Positions 26,667-41,882 of a stretch of 64,000 bases of DNA are shown piece after piece; positions within the stretch are counted from its first letter, which is position 1; every line of letters starts with the position of its first letter. The notes below the pieces were generated by a model. It was given only the letters and a program-made list of their open reading frames with translations. It had not been told where the DNA came from and searched no databases. The position numbers and the translations under genes are program-made. The stretch comes from Podarcis gaigeae (taxonomy: Eukaryota). Where the stretch lies: the NCBI GenBank assembly GCA_964106915.2, contig OZ066919.1. One strand, 5' to 3'.

Positions 26667-26834
26667 GCTATGGAAAAATAAGGAATTAGCTCTCTGTCCA
26701 ATGTTTGAATCTCATGGAAGCTACTCATGTGTTATAAAATGGTTTACTGGACCCACATACAGTACTGTTACTGAAAAACAAAATACTTAAACAGATACAG
26801 AAACAAAATTGAAGCCGTAGTTTAGTGGCTACTA

Positions 26835-26972
<138 letters not shown>

Positions 26973-27647
26973 CTATTGTTAATTAAAAATAAAAGCATGC
27001 AGTAACTTTCAACTGTGTTCTTAGGTAGAAAAAACCTTTCCTTTTGCATTATTTATTGCCTTTCATTATATTGCAATGTTTCAAAGAACTGTCTTTATAA
27101 TCAAATAACCACTAAAGTGTTATGTTTGTGATGAATTGTTTAAATAGCTCTTCTCTGTTTTAAATTATAACATATTCATAGCTAGATGAGATTCTCTTTT
27201 TAATTGCAATCAGGAGTAATTACAGTAAGCCTCCAATATATAAAAAAGGCCATAATGATTTCAGGATGGAGGGAACCACTAATGCTCATTTTATTCTCAT
27301 TTTATAAGTTAAGCAAGGCATATAGCTCTGACTTCTCTGTTCAACTGATCAGAGCAACTTCCTTTGACTTAGTAGTTATACTCCTATATGACCAGGAAGA
27401 ATATCAGAACCAGAGCCTACAAATGCACTGCAGAGTCTCTAGCAGCAAAACTAAACTGCAGTATTTCTTCCTTTACATTGCAATCGTCAGACCACATTAC
27501 AGAAAGATTTCACTGGGTGTTCACTGAGACTGCACTGGAGTAAGTGGCCTTAAAAGCTGCAGTATGATATCCATCTTGATTGAAGGTAAGAACATCAACA
27601 GTTTTGCTACAGGCATTTCGTACCCCCTTTGCACGTGAATCATAGGG

Positions 27648-27803
27648 GAAGGGCCACAGCTCTCTGCTTTGCATGCAGTAGGTCCCAGTTTCAAGCCCCA
27701 ATATCTCCAGGTAAGCCTGGTAATGCCCTTTGGAGAGCAGCTGCCAGTGTAGACCATATGGAGGTAGATGGACCACTAGTATGAAGGCAGCTTCCTATGT
27801 GTT
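27648..27803 (+). mobile_element. tRNA-derived SINE (same family as 20405)
   Basis: gggccacagctc..tgcatgcag..ggtcccag...ggcagcttcctatg. Confidence 0.7.
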
Positions 27804-29732
27804 CTACATATAGAAAGGATTTATGCTACTAAAGTCCACCTCAAGGTTGTGCAGCTTCCCCTGGCCCCATCCTATGTTAATTGTTGATGTCTGTAGGCAA
27901 CAGCTTTCATGGGTAGACCTCTATGCAAGCTGTGGCCATGCGCAACTGGGCTTCCCTTGCAGACATCCACACCTAACACATTAATGTTATGGTAGGGCCA
28001 AGGACCAAGACGAACTCATGCCTGGGCCGTGGAGCCCTTTCTATGCATGAAATCTGTTTTCTAGAGACCAGTGCATCCAATCTGCATCCAATCTGTTTTA
28101 TAGAGACCGGCGCAAAGTGGCAAACTTAAGTGATAATAATGAAGGGCTGTGGTTCCTAGGTTGCTGGGCAGAAATATCTACTCTACCCTTCTCATCAGAA
28201 ATGCGCTTGTGTCACACTGCCCTGAACCACTGCAGCTTATGCTAGTCAAGTTGCTAATTAGTTTGCTATTTGCTGGTAACGGGAAAATTGCCCACAGTGT
28301 GAACAATTTCATTCCCTGCAACCTATTTGGCAGTGCACATTATTAAATCGGATTTCCAGTATAATGCACTGTTTAGGGATGGTGGGAATTAGAATATAAT
28401 GCTGAGAATATAGAATTTAGGTCAAATGTAGTTACTTCAGCAGCTAGCGAGAGTGCTAGTTAAGTAAAAGAAGAAAAATCAAAACCTTGGTTGATATATA
28501 CTTTAGTTAACAGTTGCCAACATAACCTTGGTTTTAAAATACAGTATTCTCAGTTAATATAGAAACAGTCTTGAAAACTGCACCTGAACTTTCAACTAGA
28601 AACACACACAAATATTCTAGATTTATCTTTCTTAATCCTAGCATGCTGCTTATGGGAATCCTGACCTGACCCAGAATCTCCAAGTCCTTGTTTTATAAAT
28701 CTCTTAATCTGCCTCCTTGCAAAACCCAAGGTGTAGTGGGAGTATTAATCTGGGTTTTTTCAGATCAGTAGACCAAGGTGCTGACCACTTTTGCTGGTAT
28801 TGTGGTGTTGACATAAAGAAGCACCAATTTTGCATAATCTATGCAGAGCCTACCTAAAATGTCCTGAATTTTTGAGAAGTGAGCTGGCATATCATCTTCC
28901 GATACCCTTTACTTGTTGCCCATAACATGTGGTTCGAATTTACCTGTAAATGTAATTTACCTGTAACATGTGGTTTGAATTTATCTGTAACACTGGTTGC
29001 ACCAGTGTTAGAAACTGAGTTATGAAAGCTAGGAGCTAAAGGGCACCTTAAACCTAGGTTCTGGGTGCAACAACAGAATGTCTAGGTGCTTTTTTTATAA
29101 CAAAAATACAAAGCTGAAAATGAATGAACTGCAGCTAAAATATTATGTTCATTTTTCACATGGTCTAGTCCTTCCCCTGCTCACTCCCCTAATATTCTTA
29201 AGAGGGTTTCTTCTTCAGTCTTCAGAGAGTAGTTAGAAGTGGGGAGGCAGAAAAAATGTCCTTCTTTCCTTCCACTCTGCAGTTTAAATCTGAAATCTTA
29301 GGCACAGTACTGCACCCAGAGATCAGAAACTGCTCGCACTAATGAAATTCCCTGTTGCAAAACGCACCTAGAACAATGGGAGTTTCAAACACTGCTTTGC
29401 ACCAACCCAAGAACCCGACTAAATGATTCACTGGTCATAAACTTCTTATTTATTTTGGATTTTTAGCTTGCCCATTCTGAAAGCTCAGTGTTACTAAACG
29501 TGTTGCTTTAAAATAGCTGAATTGTAATACAATGTGAGATGCAATAAAATTGCAATTTAAAAGCATACTGCATCTAGCACAGAGCATTACAACTTCTACA
29601 ACCAAGAAAAAAAAACCACAACCATCAGCAATTTTCAAGTGGTTCACAAAGGGAAAAGTTTGGGAACCACTGGTCTAGGGCTAAAAACTCCCGTGCCAAT
29701 TCCTAAAGTGTGAAGACAGTGATGTAATGTTA

Positions 29733-29960
<228 letters not shown>

Positions 29961-30532
29961 TTAGGAGCCAGCATGTGAAGAGAATGGCAGTTGCTTGAAA
30001 TCATGAGAAAAGAAAGACGGAATGGGTGGTTAATGCTAAGACAATCGCACTCCTGAGGCATTAGGAAACAATGAAGCACAGCTGAATACCTCTGCTCCTC
30101 TCACATCAACCATACCCCAGTGCCTTGTGCCTATTATGAAAGTCTTTATCATGTGGAGAATTATGTTTTTCTCCTACTGCAAAAAATGATGAAGTTGGCA
30201 GTTTTGGGAGGGTGGAGGGGATGAGGAAGATGCTGAACAGTGGTTTCAGATGAGCTGAGCGGCTCACAACGATTAATCCACTCCTTTGGAAAATGCTCAT
30301 CAGCCTGAAACACTCTCTCAGACTTAGTTCTAGAGAGCATAACAGATGGTTTACAAGGAAAATCCTTGAAAGATAAACCTATTTGTTATTACAGGCTTGT
30401 CCTTTTTCCTTTCACCCCATTACCGAGGCTTGGGCAAGGGAAAAAATAGGCAAAGCAAGCTGATAAACACATATTGTGCACCAGGCCCAAATACAAACCC
30501 TGAGGCGTTAAAAAAACCACAAAACCAAAGTA

Positions 30533-30792
30533 CTGTATTTTTCGCTCTATAAGACGCAACAGACCACAAGACGCACCTAGTTTTTGGAGGAGGAAAACAA
30601 GAAAAATAAACATTCTGAATCTCAGAAGCCAGAACAGCAAGAGGGATGGCTGCGCAGTGAAAGTAGCGATCCTTCTTGCTGTTCTGGCTTCTGGGATAGC
30701 TGTGCAGCCTGCATTTTCTCCATAAGACGCACACACATTTCCCCTTACTTTTTAGGAGGGAAAAAGTGAGTCTTATAGAGCAAAAAATACGG
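30533..30792. mobile_element. Tc1/mariner-superfamily (Tc2/pogo-like) MITE
   Basis: TIR C(C/T)GTATTTTT(C/T)GCTCTATAAGAC at both ends, TA TSD, internal repeated AAGACGCAC motifs. Confidence 0.85.
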
Positions 30793-31359
30793 TAACTATT
30801 TTGTTGGATCAGAGTAGTGATCCATCGAAAATGTGGCATCCTTTCTCCAAGGCCTGAGTGAAATTCAAGGTGCCACAAAGATGGGGCAAAATAGGGGAGG
30901 CGAATGGCAATCCAGGAAAAGCTTTTACTGAAGCAGCAGCTTTAAACAAAACTTTAAAAGAGATAGCAAGAAAGCATGATGGATAAATAAGAGAAGGCTG
31001 TAGAAGATACATAGAGCAGCATGGCAGAAGAATGGGACAAGGAAGGAGAGGCGCTGAAAGCAGCAGAGAACATTAGCCCCTGACATTCAATTAGAGAAGA
31101 CTAAAAAGTTAGGAATGGCACACATACTACCATCTTCTATAGAACTGTACCACCCCCTGGAACGGGCCACTTTTATTTCAAAGGAAAAGCTGCTAGAAAG
31201 CCCCAGCCCAAAACAGAAAGATGTTCTGGATAAAGGCCCTGCAGCTGGTTTTTCTTCAAAATAGAAGTAGCCATTTTAAGCACGCTGTTTCCAAAGCATA
31301 AATGACATGATAGTTTGTGTTAACATTAAGAATCACTTTGTAATTATCCAGATACCTAC

Positions 31360-31525
31360 CTCCTGCAGCAATTTCCACTTCTGTAGAGTCCCTCTCCAAA
31401 CTTCCAGCACTGCTGACTATGTTCATTAAATGAATGGCCGTCCATGCAAAAGGCATGCGATATCTGCCAAGCCTTTGGCAAAATTGTTCTGATTGACTTT
31501 TCAGTTTTTCTAGCTTTTCCTTGTT
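31360..31525 (-). CDS. DOCK7: DOCK7 exon 11 (166 bp)
   Basis: [55 protein letters not shown]; cag/gtaggt. Confidence 0.95.
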
Positions 31526-31751
31526 CTGCAGAGGTAAAATCCCAAAACTTACAGACTTGAAACATTTCTGAATTTTTTCATACTGCCTCTGCTATAAATA
31601 AATGCTGGGTTTTCAATAGAAGGAAGTACTGTTTCAATAATGTATGATTTTTTAAAAATATGAGAAACTTGCAAATGTTTTAAGGGCTACAGAACTATTT
31701 AAAAAAAGACACCACCTGCATTTAGGTCCAAACCTATTGAAAACTGCTTAC

Positions 31752-31832
31752 CTTTGCCGCATCTGCTTCTTTTAAAATCATATATGGCTCTGCACACTCT
31801 CCAATATCTCCCTGTTGTAGTACCTTTTCCAG
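31752..31832 (-). CDS. DOCK7: DOCK7 exon 10 (81 bp)
   Basis: [27 protein letters not shown]; cag/gtaagc. Confidence 0.96.
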
Positions 31833-32941
31833 CTGTGGGGATGGGAAGTGGGATGGGATTGAAGAAGGAAAGAAAGAGGCAAGCATGATGTTGGAGATAC
31901 GTACACCACACATATACACAATGAACTGACTAGCCAGCACAGTTTAAGCTATCCACCCAGACACCCACCCAATCAGGTAGACTGCCCTTCCTCTTTTGAA
32001 CTAGCGATATAAACTGCAACTATAAAAGGTAAAGAGAGGCTTCAGCTATGTATGTGCAAGCAATTTCAATTGCATAGTCAATGCCCCTGCAAAAGTCACA
32101 GAGGAGCCTCTACCTAAAGTTTTGGCTTTGGGGCTTTGATTGGTTGAGAGCCAAACCAAGGCATTGTTGTTGGATGTGCCATGCTCTGGAACATCTAATT
32201 ACCAGTGAGACCAGACAAGGGAAGAAGAAGAAGAAAAATGCAGTGTGGAGTCTTCCTGTTCGGGTTTCCTGCCACTCCATTCCATTCTCCCCACCGAGCA
32301 GTTGGCCAGCACTCCGCATCCACTGAGCATGCTCAATTCTCATTGGTCCAAACCCCCCCCCCCGTTTTTGTACTTCTGCAAACCTTGATATTTCCCCAAA
32401 GCCTGCTGATACCTCCACCTATATCTTCTGTGTGGATGCTGCCACTGTGGCTACATATAGCTCTAACTAATTTACTATTAAATATATGTGGAAATTTAAA
32501 AAGGAGACACAGGTAAGCAAGACTTTCTGAAAGTATTATTACTTTCTTCAAGGAGAATTTTGGAAAAAAACATGTAGGGGAGCTGTACATTCTCCATAAA
32601 TGTTTTATTTAGCTGTCTCTCTCTTAGAGAAAGAATCAAGCCTTGAAGCAAGGCAGAGAGTTTATGATGGACAGTTTTACCCAGATTGTTTCTTATCTTT
32701 TGGCATTTATATTTCTAAAGATCCTTTTGCACAGCTCAATTCAAATGTCACCGAGAGAGGTTAATAACATGGCATTCATTTAGAGAGGTTTTCTTATCGC
32801 ATTGCTGGTGGGGAAACCCAGGCTCTGCTATAAACAAGAAAAGTTCACTCCCTCATAGATATCCTATGTGGATGAAGCAAGCAAACAAGCTGGAGGGGGG
32901 GGGACGACAACATTTAGGAAACACGATTGTTCCCAGCAACT

Positions 32942-32987
32942 AACCATTCACCCTAATCTGATACAACCATTCACCCTAATCTGATAC
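32942..32987. repeat. 23-bp perfect tandem duplication
   Basis: aaccattcaccctaatctgatac x2. Confidence 0.95.
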
Positions 32988-33349
32988 AATGATATGGCCA
33001 CGGAAACAGGTTTTTGCATGTGCTCCTCTTGCTGGATCTGGAAATACTTATGCAAAAGGTTGCTGCATGAGCAATTTATAATACTGGATGTCTTCACCTA
33101 GCACACAGGCAAGTTTCTATGACTCCAAAAAGCATCAAAACAGATGGTCAGCACCATCAGTTTGGACAATACTGATAATCTGTGAGGAGGTGGAAGGTGC
33201 TAAATTCAGCCCAAGTTCTACATCTTCTCAGTTGGGATGGGTGGGGGTTAAGGTTGGCTTGGAACCAAAGTCCCTTCTCCCACTCTTTCAAAAGCACAAA
33301 TGGCACTGCCAAGGCTGACAGTTCCAAACATTTGCTGGGCAGCTAAGTA

Positions 33350-33566
33350 CAGTGGTGCCTCGGGTTACAAATGCTTCGGGTTACAAACTCTGCTAACCCA
33401 GAAGTAGTACCTCAGGTTGAGAACTTTGCCCCAGGATGAGAACAGAAATTGCAGGCCGGCGGCAGTGGGAAGCCCCATTAGTGAAAGCACGCCTCAGGTT
33501 AAGAACGGTTTCAGGTTAAGAACGGATCTCCGGAACGAATTAAGTTCATAACCTAAGGTACCACTG
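33350..33566 (+). mobile_element. Tigger/pogo-like MITE, family A
   Basis: TA-CAGTGGT(G/A)CCT...AGGTACCACTG-TA; same family as 63556. Confidence 0.85.
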
Positions 33567-34680
33567 TATGCAGATCAGCTAACCTCAACCTGGTATCCTT
33601 CAGATGTTCTGGACTGCAATTCCCATTATCCCTAGGAACCAGGGAAATGGGTTGAGGAAGGTTGCATAGGATGTCATAGCTAGTGTGGTTAGGTTTTGGA
33701 AGCAGGAAATTTTCTATAAAATAATTCTTCTCACACTGTCCAAATCTCATTTGGGCCCAGATTACATTGCAAACAGCCATTTCACAAACTAACTGGCAGG
33801 GGAATGATCTAAAAAGGAGCACAATATATGACGGCACCTGGCCTGTGACATATGACAAGCTATTTTTCTGGCTTATTTATCTTGCTCATGTCCTTTTCCT
33901 TCTCACAGACCAAAAACTTAGCACCATTTTCAACAAATGACTGCTAGCTAGGCTCATCTCATTGAGTTTACAAGCATTAATGTGCAAGTGCAAGCTCTTT
34001 GAGGTAGATTGCATGGTGTTAATCTTTTTCTCTTTTCTTGTAAAAATCAACTACTGTGAATATATGCAGATTCTGGCTTCAGAAGGTATGCAATGAGACG
34101 TGTGCAAAATTTGAGAACAGAATCTCCTCTTAAAGCTGCTGTCAATGAGGCTTCCCTCTTGCTTCGGCAATTTGGGAAAACGCAACGTGAATCTCAATCT
34201 TAACATATTTCCCATGGCATTAGGAAGCTTTTTTCTTCTTCAAAAATTATATTGCATAGTGAACATCTTAAGTGCCTCCCCCAGGCTAAGGCATTGTTCT
34301 ATATTGCCCTATCTGCTTTCAGAGTTCAGTAATGTTACAAGTCTAGGGCAAGAAAGGTCAAAGCAAGAATTGTCTTTGAACAGACTCTATATCTTAGTAT
34401 CAAAAACCAAACTTCTGGAGATTGAACTCTTCAATTTGAGAATGACTAAATTCAGCCAGCAAAAGGAAATGGCAACACTAAGCAGGGTCATTCTGTAATT
34501 TGATTTTCACACGATTTGTAGTTTTCCTTTCAGTTTTCCCTATTGAGGAAGGATAAAATAAACACAGTACTAGCAAAATGCAACCAGGTGATATTTTTTC
34601 TTATTTTATTGTTATATGGGCACAGAAACTTTAGCTTACTTGTGCCAGGGGATAATACACTTTTCCGAGATAAAGATTCA

Positions 34681-34854
<174 letters not shown>

Positions 34855-35571
34855 CTAAAAGAAAATAATAGCTTATTACACTGAAATATATCCAAAGGCT
34901 TCACCAAATTAAAAAATGGAAAAAAAAAAATGTTAACGGACATATGTTAATTTCACTTTCATGCCAACTGTGGTTAGCTTTAACAGCAAACAAAAAAACC
35001 TGTTAGCTAGCTGAATTGTTCATTTCTTAACAGGCAATATAGCTATTTGTCCCAATATGATTTGGGCTTATTTAAAAATAAACCACCACCACCAAAAAAA
35101 CAACAACTCTGCAGCCCTCCAATGATACCGTAGAGAAGTATAACCTTTCAAACAAATAAGCAAAGCAATGGCTTTGAAACCAATATACTCAAAACAGCAT
35201 GCACAGCCAGGGATCCACTTCTCCACTCATCACCCTCTCCTTGGTACATGCTTCATTGCCCTCCACCAAGAATGACAAGAGAGCCCCAGCCTTCCTCCCT
35301 AACTTGGACCTGGATACAGAGTGGAAAGCATTCCAGTATAGCTTTGCTAATTTGTGATAGCTCAATGCATAGGGAACATCACCATCCCCCTCTAGAGGCA
35401 ACCTAGAGAGGAAGATAGGGATAAAGTTTGGTAACGGGCAGCTGAAGTGTTTTGATAGCAGAGGTTTTAGTTATCATGGGGCTTGCCAATTTCCCCTCTC
35501 CTTCAGATGATAATTTCCAACTGATCAGAGACCTGATAATCTGAAAATATACTTTAGGGGATTTGGATTTT

Positions 35572-35602
35572 CTAGATAGATAGATAAGAAAGACAGACAG
35601 AC

Positions 35603-35655
<53 letters not shown>
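35572..35655. repeat. (GATA)n/(GACA)n compound microsatellite
   Basis: About 13 pure GATA units at 35603-35654. Confidence 0.95.
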
Positions 35656-36582
35656 TCAGTCTTTTTTGGCAAGGATGAATGGTCCTGCTCCAACACCCTT
35701 CTCACCTCAGGCCCAAAATAACAGATACTAGTACCCAACAGCTGTCAGGCATGTCAATGAAGCCCTGTCATAAGGAAATATAATTTGGATTGAAGTGGGA
35801 ACTTTCCATCCATAAATCTAGCTTCTTAAAATGATATTGTGTAGTTCCTCTGCACGTGACTGAGGCAGGAGTGAAGAATTGTGGGAGGCAGCCTCAGATT
35901 TTCCCTCCTGCCTTGACAGAGCAGTTCACTCCCCCCCCCCCCCACGTCTCACTGTTTCTCTTATATTCAGTTAAGTTTTCTTTCGTTATTTCTCTTTGTA
36001 CTCTTCCTTCTTTGTATTGTGTTGTCTTCATTTGCTTTCACTCTCTTCATGTTTTCTTTTCCTCCACTGAGGCATTGTAAAAAACAAAAACACAAGTCCT
36101 CCCTCTCCGCTGGCTGCTTCTCATTATTTCTTCACTTCTTTGCTGTTTTACATTGCTTCCTAAACTTTATTTGGTTTTATTTCATTTATTTTTCTATTGC
36201 AATAAAAAAAAAATATAGAAGTAGAACGAACTCAGGGGCCCATCAAGTTTCACTCTCCCTGCTGGAACCAGATGTTTTTAGTTATGTTCACTGCGTTTTG
36301 CCTATTTGGGCTGATGTACACCACCCTGAGCTCTTTTCAAAGAAGGGCATTCTAGAAATATTCTAAATACTGTAAATAAATAAACAAAATAATCAGGCAA
36401 CCTGTAAAATAGTTTATTGTATCCAGCAACCTCCACCATTCTTTACAGGGTTTGCTTTTTATAGTACTTTCAGTTCCTTCTGTTCTACTTTCTATTTCTC
36501 AATGTAATTTTGAATAGCAGGGATGAAAAACGCAGTATTCCAGTGAAGACTTCAAGTGCTCTTAAGCAGAGAGCTGCTGTTA

Positions 36583-36750
<168 letters not shown>

Positions 36751-36854
36751 TTAGATTTTTTTTCAGTTTTATACACAACCAAACAGCAACAAGGTTATTT
36801 CCCAACTGAAACTGCACTACTGCAGCTGTGTAGCTCCCTAGAAATAACTTGAGG

Positions 36855-37025
36855 ATGCCATAGCTCAGGGGTAAAATACGTACATGTTCTGCATACCAAA
36901 AGGACACAGGTTCAATCCCTGCTGTCTCCAAGGTATGACTCAGAAAGATTTCTGTCTGAAGCCCTGGAGAGTCACTATCTGTCACTTTTCAGCAATACTG
37001 CACTAGACAAACCAATTGTCAGATG
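36855..37025 (+). mobile_element. tRNA-derived SINE (same family as 20405)
   Basis: gccatagctcag...caggttcaatccct...tgaagccctggagag; boundaries approximate. Confidence 0.65.
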
Positions 37026-38949
37026 ATGATGATTTTTTGAATTTGTATACCACCCTTCCATCTGAAGATCACAGGGCAGTTCACAACTTCTGGGAAACAC
37101 ATACTGCTGACTCTGCTTAACAGTTGTGTCATCTAGAGGCAGTCCTGCAAAACCCAAACCCACAACAAGTTCCCCTGATCTGATCCTGCATGGGGCCTAA
37201 TCAGCAGCACCAGCTGACGTGCCTCATCCGAAATATGCTGGTGTTTAAAACAGGTTGTCAGCCAGTTTGATTGCACAGCAGCAGCTTATGCACTTTTGTA
37301 TATTGCTATTCATAAACCTTTTAAAATCTGCTGTGTATTACGAGATCTCAGGTCATAATCTTAAACAGACTTCTAATGAAATCAGTGGGAGAAGTTGTTT
37401 AGCACTTAGGCGTGAATGGGAATGGACAGCAAACTGGGTCAAAGCCCTACCCTAAGCCCATTATTTGCAACTGTTGAGCTAAACTCAACAGTCCTTCTGC
37501 ATAAAGTGTTTAGGAGCAGGGTGTTAATCACATATAGCTTTATCTTGTTTAAATGCAGTTCTCCAAAGCTGCCAATACCAGAATTAATTAATTTACTCCA
37601 CGGAGATCAATGAGATTATGTCTTTTGTATCAATCAGCTGTTCACCATGGCTTCTATCTTTCTATCACTGGCAGCAGAGAACAAAGAACTGTAAGTCTTA
37701 AAACTGTCCCTCTCTTGCCACTAATGGTACCTATTGCCAGTTAAATAATAGACTGTCTTCAAAACACTTCTGCTCAAAAGCAAGTCCCATTCATTTCAAT
37801 AATTACTCACCACAATTTTTTGAACAGGTGGCAGAACACCCTTGCATTTATGACAACTTTTAGACATTGTGATATACTCTGACCTTGTCTGGGATATTTT
37901 TCTGTAACACCTGGAAGAATCTGCTGGTGTATATGACTCTTCACTGTCTTGTTACTGCTAGTTTGTTGATCAATACCTGTAATGTTCTTTGTTCTTTTAC
38001 AAATGCTATTATTATAGCTAATTATTGTATTTTTATATTACTTCATTTATAATGGACTTTGTTGAATGATGCAGGACTAAAACCTCAGAAGCAAATAAAA
38101 CATGAGAATTCAGTTTTGAGTATGTGGGCTTAAAGTTCCTAAAACTATAAAAACTATATACATATTTGTCCTTCCAGGCACTAAACACAATTCTCATTCT
38201 TTTTTAAAAAAAGAGCCCAAGATAAACATGAACTCTGTACAATAAAGACAAGCATCATTTCCTCAGATCTAATAAGAAGAGATTTCTGTAAAAGGAAAAT
38301 CTTAATTAACTGCTGTAATTTGTTTTTTATATAGCCATTCACTGTACAAGAGTTCTCCTGGGAACTGCATTCTGGTACAACACCCTGTAAAAGGCTATGC
38401 CATGGAATCATCCGGATTAGTGTCAGGACTTAAAAGCAGCTCTCCTCTAGGAGGCAATTCCAACATATATCTCAGTTACGAGAGGCACTCTAGTCTAACT
38501 GGAGCTCCCTAACAAGAAGGGTTGACCTAAGTGAGGACACACAAGATGAATACAGCCATGTGGAAAATCAGTTTTGTGCTTTATTTCTCTAAGGGAATAC
38601 CAGTAAAATTTTACCTCGTGTTATTAGAGAAGAGTTATAGGCAATGAACCAGCTGCAGGTAACCCTACATTCAGGAGCTCCACTTCATTAAACTTGTTTA
38701 ACAGGTTTCTCTTCTCCCCAGTGAAAGCTTTGCTAACTGCCTCAAGTCTCAAGTCTTAAAGAGGCAGCCATGGATTTAAAGACTCAACTTTGTCTTACTG
38801 AATCAGTTGTCTGACTGCTGGTGTAAAATCTCATCTCAAAAAAAAAAAAGGCTACATCAATCATGTTGTTTTTAGTCAACTGTCCTTTGTTTGTGCGATA
38901 AAAGCCAGATGTAAACAGGATGAGGGAAGGAATTGTGTCTCTGCTATGA

Positions 38950-39260
38950 AGTGAGACATTACGTCTTTATTATACCAGTTGCATTGGCTGCCTGTGTGTT
39001 TCTGGATCAATTGAAAGTGCTAGTGTTGACTTTTAAAGCCCTAAACAGTTTAGGGACAGGTTACATGAAAGACGACCTGAACTCATACGAACTTACCCAG
39101 GCCTTAAATGTCACCCTCAAAGGTGCTGCCTGCGGTCTACCATCAAGTTCAATTTGTGGGCCTCCCATCAAAATTGGTGAGCACTAGCAATACGACCTAT
39201 CAGGTGGTGATGATCCCATTAAAATTTCTCCCAGGGAAAATACATCTGGCCCAATCTTTA
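38950..39260 (+). mobile_element. L2-clade LINE ORF2 3' fragment, decayed
   Basis: Encodes LHWLPV, then with a frameshift KVLVLTFKALNSLGTGYMKD, typical of the L2 ORF2 C-terminus. Confidence 0.65.
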
Positions 39261-39357
39261 TTTATTTATGTTAATGGACCTCAGAATCCCACATCCCTTC
39301 ATTAAATTAGCACTTCACTTTCTTGATCTCAATACCACTTTAATGTATGGGTTTGTT

Positions 39358-39507
39358 GCCTTGTAGCTCAGTTGGTAGACCATGAGACTCTTAAAGCTCA
39401 AGGCTGTGGGTCTGACCCCCACATTGGGCAAAAGTTCCCTGTTTTGCAGGGGATTGGACTAAATTACCCTCATGGCCCCTTCCAACTCTACAATTCTATG
39501 ATTCTAT
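39358..39507 (+). mobile_element. tRNA-Lys-derived SINE with CR1-type 3' tail
   Basis: tagctcagttggtaga.catgagactcttaa (tRNA-Lys CTT-like head); ends ccttccaactctacaattctatgattctat. Confidence 0.8.
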
Positions 39508-39773
39508 AGTACATACCATTTTACAAAAGCATGACTAGGTTTGAATATTGTGGCAAGCTTATTTTATCATTATTTCCAGTTTTTAATGTACGATGGGAAT
39601 ATTTAATTGACTTACTGCCCTCTTTGCACATTAAGGTGCTCAAGGTAGAATTTGAAAAATTAATTGTGTCTTGGTAGTTCTATCAGTCCCAATTATCATA
39701 CAAGGTGCATTGATTTGACAGGTCAAATGAAAGCATGCATAATTTTTTAAAAATTAACAACCTTCTTACTTAC

Positions 39774-39859
39774 TTTAAAGACAAACACTTCACAAGAAGC
39801 CTCTGACCAAAGTGTTCCTTGGGGATTTCAGGGATGCCCAGTCTTTCTATTGGTTCTTC
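39774..39859 (-). CDS. DOCK7: DOCK7 exon 7 (86 bp)
   Basis: [29 protein letters not shown]; cag/gtaagt. Confidence 0.95.
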
Positions 39860-40496
39860 CTGCAATCGGGCACAAATCCAGCAAGTAATGCATGCACTCC
39901 TTCCACAAACAAAGTGCATTGTTAAATGGCTAAAGAAGGCAAAGTAGATTTCCTCCCCTCCTATTCAATACAATTCAATACAATACAATTTAATCTTCAA
40001 GCTTAACAGAGTGTGGCTTTTGCTGCAACTATAAATAACACTGAAGGGGTTTAATTTAGGAGAGCTACTGAATAACGGATTGGACTTCTGTAAGAAAATT
40101 CCTTGGAAAGAGATGATCCAAAAGTCCAGATTTGTGCTTTAATCACATGCTGCTTTGGCAGCAGTCACATGGAAACAAAAGCAAATACTGTACAATCTTA
40201 GGGTCAATCCCTTTAAAATATTTGGCTCCTCCACTCCCCTGTACACTTTCTACAAAAGCTGGCAAACACCGCTGTCAAAAGTCTAGGACTGGTATTCAAC
40301 ATTAGTCATAAATAAAGTAGACTCATCAAATTCATCCCACTTAAGACGGCTGTGGCCCTACAGGCCTACAAACCCAACAAGCTATGGCAGAACATCATGC
40401 TACTATAATACACCAGCACTCACTCTCTGGCTACAGAGGTGGACCTGGCACTTATGTGTGCTTTGTGCTAGTATTAACAGGTCTCAGTTAAGCTCA

Positions 40497-40715
<219 letters not shown>

Positions 40716-40829
40716 CTAAGATTGAAGAAATTAAATGAAGCATGTAAAATGAAATATGGAAAATGTCACATGTATTTTTAACACAGTGATTTTTATTTTT
40801 TTTAAGATGCAGGCTTCATAAGCACCTAC

Positions 40830-40959
40830 TTGTTCATCCTGGTAATTGTTGCCATCCGGAGCTTCATCAGACTCAAATATCTGTTTGGGTAGGCCTTTTT
40901 GCCTCTCCTTCTGTTTGTCTAATGTGTTGGGGTTAAATCCTGTTCCCAGTTTGTGATAT
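40830..40959 (-). CDS. DOCK7: DOCK7 exon 5 (130 bp)
   Basis: [43 protein letters not shown]; tag/gtaggt. Confidence 0.95.
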
Positions 40960-41449
40960 CTATTGAAAAACAGATTGTATTAAGCAATGTCTCTCCCTCT
41001 ACAAAACCAAGCAGAAATGGTGAGCAACATCTGAAAGCTTAATGCCCTCCCCAGAAAATATTTTTTGCTATTCTTGACAGCATCATGCTGTCTATCAAGT
41101 TCTGTAACAGGAATTTTCGAAAACAGCATTTTCTCTTCTTTGACTGCAGGTGTTGATTCCAGTAAGACTTGCAGCCTTAAAAATCAACTCATACTTGTTA
41201 CTTTTCCTGGCTGCAATAAGAAATGACTCCTGCTGTGACCATATAATCCTATAAGCATAAGCACCCGTCAATCAGCAATGGAATACTTGAAGTGTACTAT
41301 GATGTAGCTAAATGCAAACAATTTGTTCTAGTAGACTGTATCCTTCACCTCATTAAATCACTAAATATTTCTATAAGCAATCCAAGTATGACAGCATTTA
41401 TTTGTCTATTTGCTTGTTTTAGCATGGCTGCTTTCAGGGTCTCCTTGAC

Positions 41450-41612
41450 CAGTGGTTCCCAATTATCCAACTACTGCGGACCCCCCGTTTTTCAAAAGCC
41501 AAGCCATGGACCCTCTACTTTTGAAATTTGTGATACCTCTATGGTAGTTTTTGTTACATGAATGATGCCATGGACCCTCTGGGTTCCATGGACCACCAAT
41601 TGAGAACCACTG
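41450..41612. mobile_element. hAT-Charlie-like MITE
   Basis: CAGTGGTTCCCAA/TTGAGAACCACTG TIRs; TSD TCCTTGAC/TCTTTGAC. Confidence 0.8.
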
Positions 41613-41882
41613 TCTTTGACTATTATGAAGGCTACTGTATCAATTTGATGTTTAGTCCATTTACCATATTCTATTGTTGCAACTCAGTGGCTTTTAATCA
41701 GAATACAGGAAGAGCCCTGGTGGGTGAGACCAAAGGCCCACATAATTATTTTTCTAATGAGATTGACTCACTTTCTCCACACCATAAAAAATGTCTAATC
41801 TGTCTACGCAGGCATTGTGCATGACCTGGCTCTCAGTAACAGTGGTACATATCATCTGACAAAGGTTGTTGATACTTTAGAG

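Noticed and set aside
31354-31359. Tandem GT donors (GTAG-GT) after DOCK7 exon 11
   Set aside because: Using the second donor shifts the frame by 4 nt; this motif is common and there is no evidence it is used.
39358-39430. Possible tRNA-Lys(CTT) gene
   Set aside because: Degenerate T arm/B box and fused to a CR1-type tail, so it is a SINE head.
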